DNA of 64,000 bases from a virus. Location of the stretch: positions 39,249 to 103,248 of IMG/VR virus record IMGVR_UViG_3300045009_000924, one strand, 5' to 3'. A program made the position numbers and the translations under genes. The notes below the pieces were generated by a model. The model was given only the letters and a program-made list of their open reading frames with translations. It did no database searches and had not been told where the DNA came from. Of the stretch, positions 63,523 to 64,000 are shown piece by piece; position 1 is the first letter of the stretch; every line of letters starts with the position of its first letter.

Positions 63523-64000
63523 AAACACACACATAACACACCACACACACAACACACACAAAAAAAACTCAAAAAAAAAACGCACGACACACACACACAC
63601 GCACACACCGACACGCCGACACACGCCGACGCACCGACGCACGCCGACGCACCGACACGGCGACACACACACGCCGACGCACCGACACAGCGACGCCGTG
63701 ACGCACGCCGTGACGCACGCCGTGACGCACGCACGACGACACCGACGCACGACGACACCGACGCACGACGAACGACGCACGCCGTGACGCACGCACGACG
63801 CACGCCGTGACGCACGCACGACGCACGCCGTGACGCACCGACACGACGACACCGACGCACGACGCACGCACACGACGCACGCACACGACGCACGCACGAC
63901 GCACGCCGTGACGCACCGACACGACGACACCGACGCACGACGCACGCACACGACGCACGCACACGACGCACGCACGACGCACGCCGTGACGCACGCACGA
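63523..64000. repeat. Low-complexity CA / GACGCAC repeat array with a 78-bp higher-order period, running off the window end
   Basis: (CA)n tracts, then GACGCAC/GACAC/GCCGTGACGCAC units. The 78-bp period is seen at 63827, 63905 and 63983. T is almost absent on the + strand. Confidence 0.9.

Noticed and set aside
63445-63998. R/C/V-rich or T/H-rich ORFs in several frames
   Set aside because: These are by-products of the low-complexity repeat, which lacks stop codons.
63600-64000. CRISPR array
   Set aside because: There is no constant repeat with unique spacers and no cas genes.

Overview
This window is a 64-kb internal segment of a large, AT-rich tailed dsDNA phage. An actinobacterial host is likely (WhiB, actinobacterial-type Ssb, SLT-type transglycosylase). 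It encodes an HK97-fold major capsid protein and a cluster of probable head-associated proteins, a class II (B12-dependent) ribonucleotide reductase, a primase-helicase, a SNF2/HARP-like helicase, MazG, a clavaminate-synthase-like dioxygenase, thioredoxin and five tRNAs. Four tRNAs read A-ending codons; the fifth (CAU) probably does too. About half of the window is three giant ORFs (>2372 aa truncated at the window edge, 2836 aa, 5254 aa). Each is an array of enzyme modules: SF1 helicase, DEDDh exonuclease, four HExxH zincins, at least three ADP-ribosyltransferases, two GNAT-like and one ParB-like module. In all three, modules are delimited by one recurring peptide, R-[LIV]-S-S-G; I counted 24 copies by eye, including single-residue variants. 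The peptide is encoded by varied synonymous codons, and one module is flanked by ~90-bp direct repeats ending in it. The best candidate for an undescribed system is therefore a virion-delivered effector polyprotein with a common processing/recognition linker and cassette-wise module exchange. All domain calls are from motifs read by eye; no database search was run.
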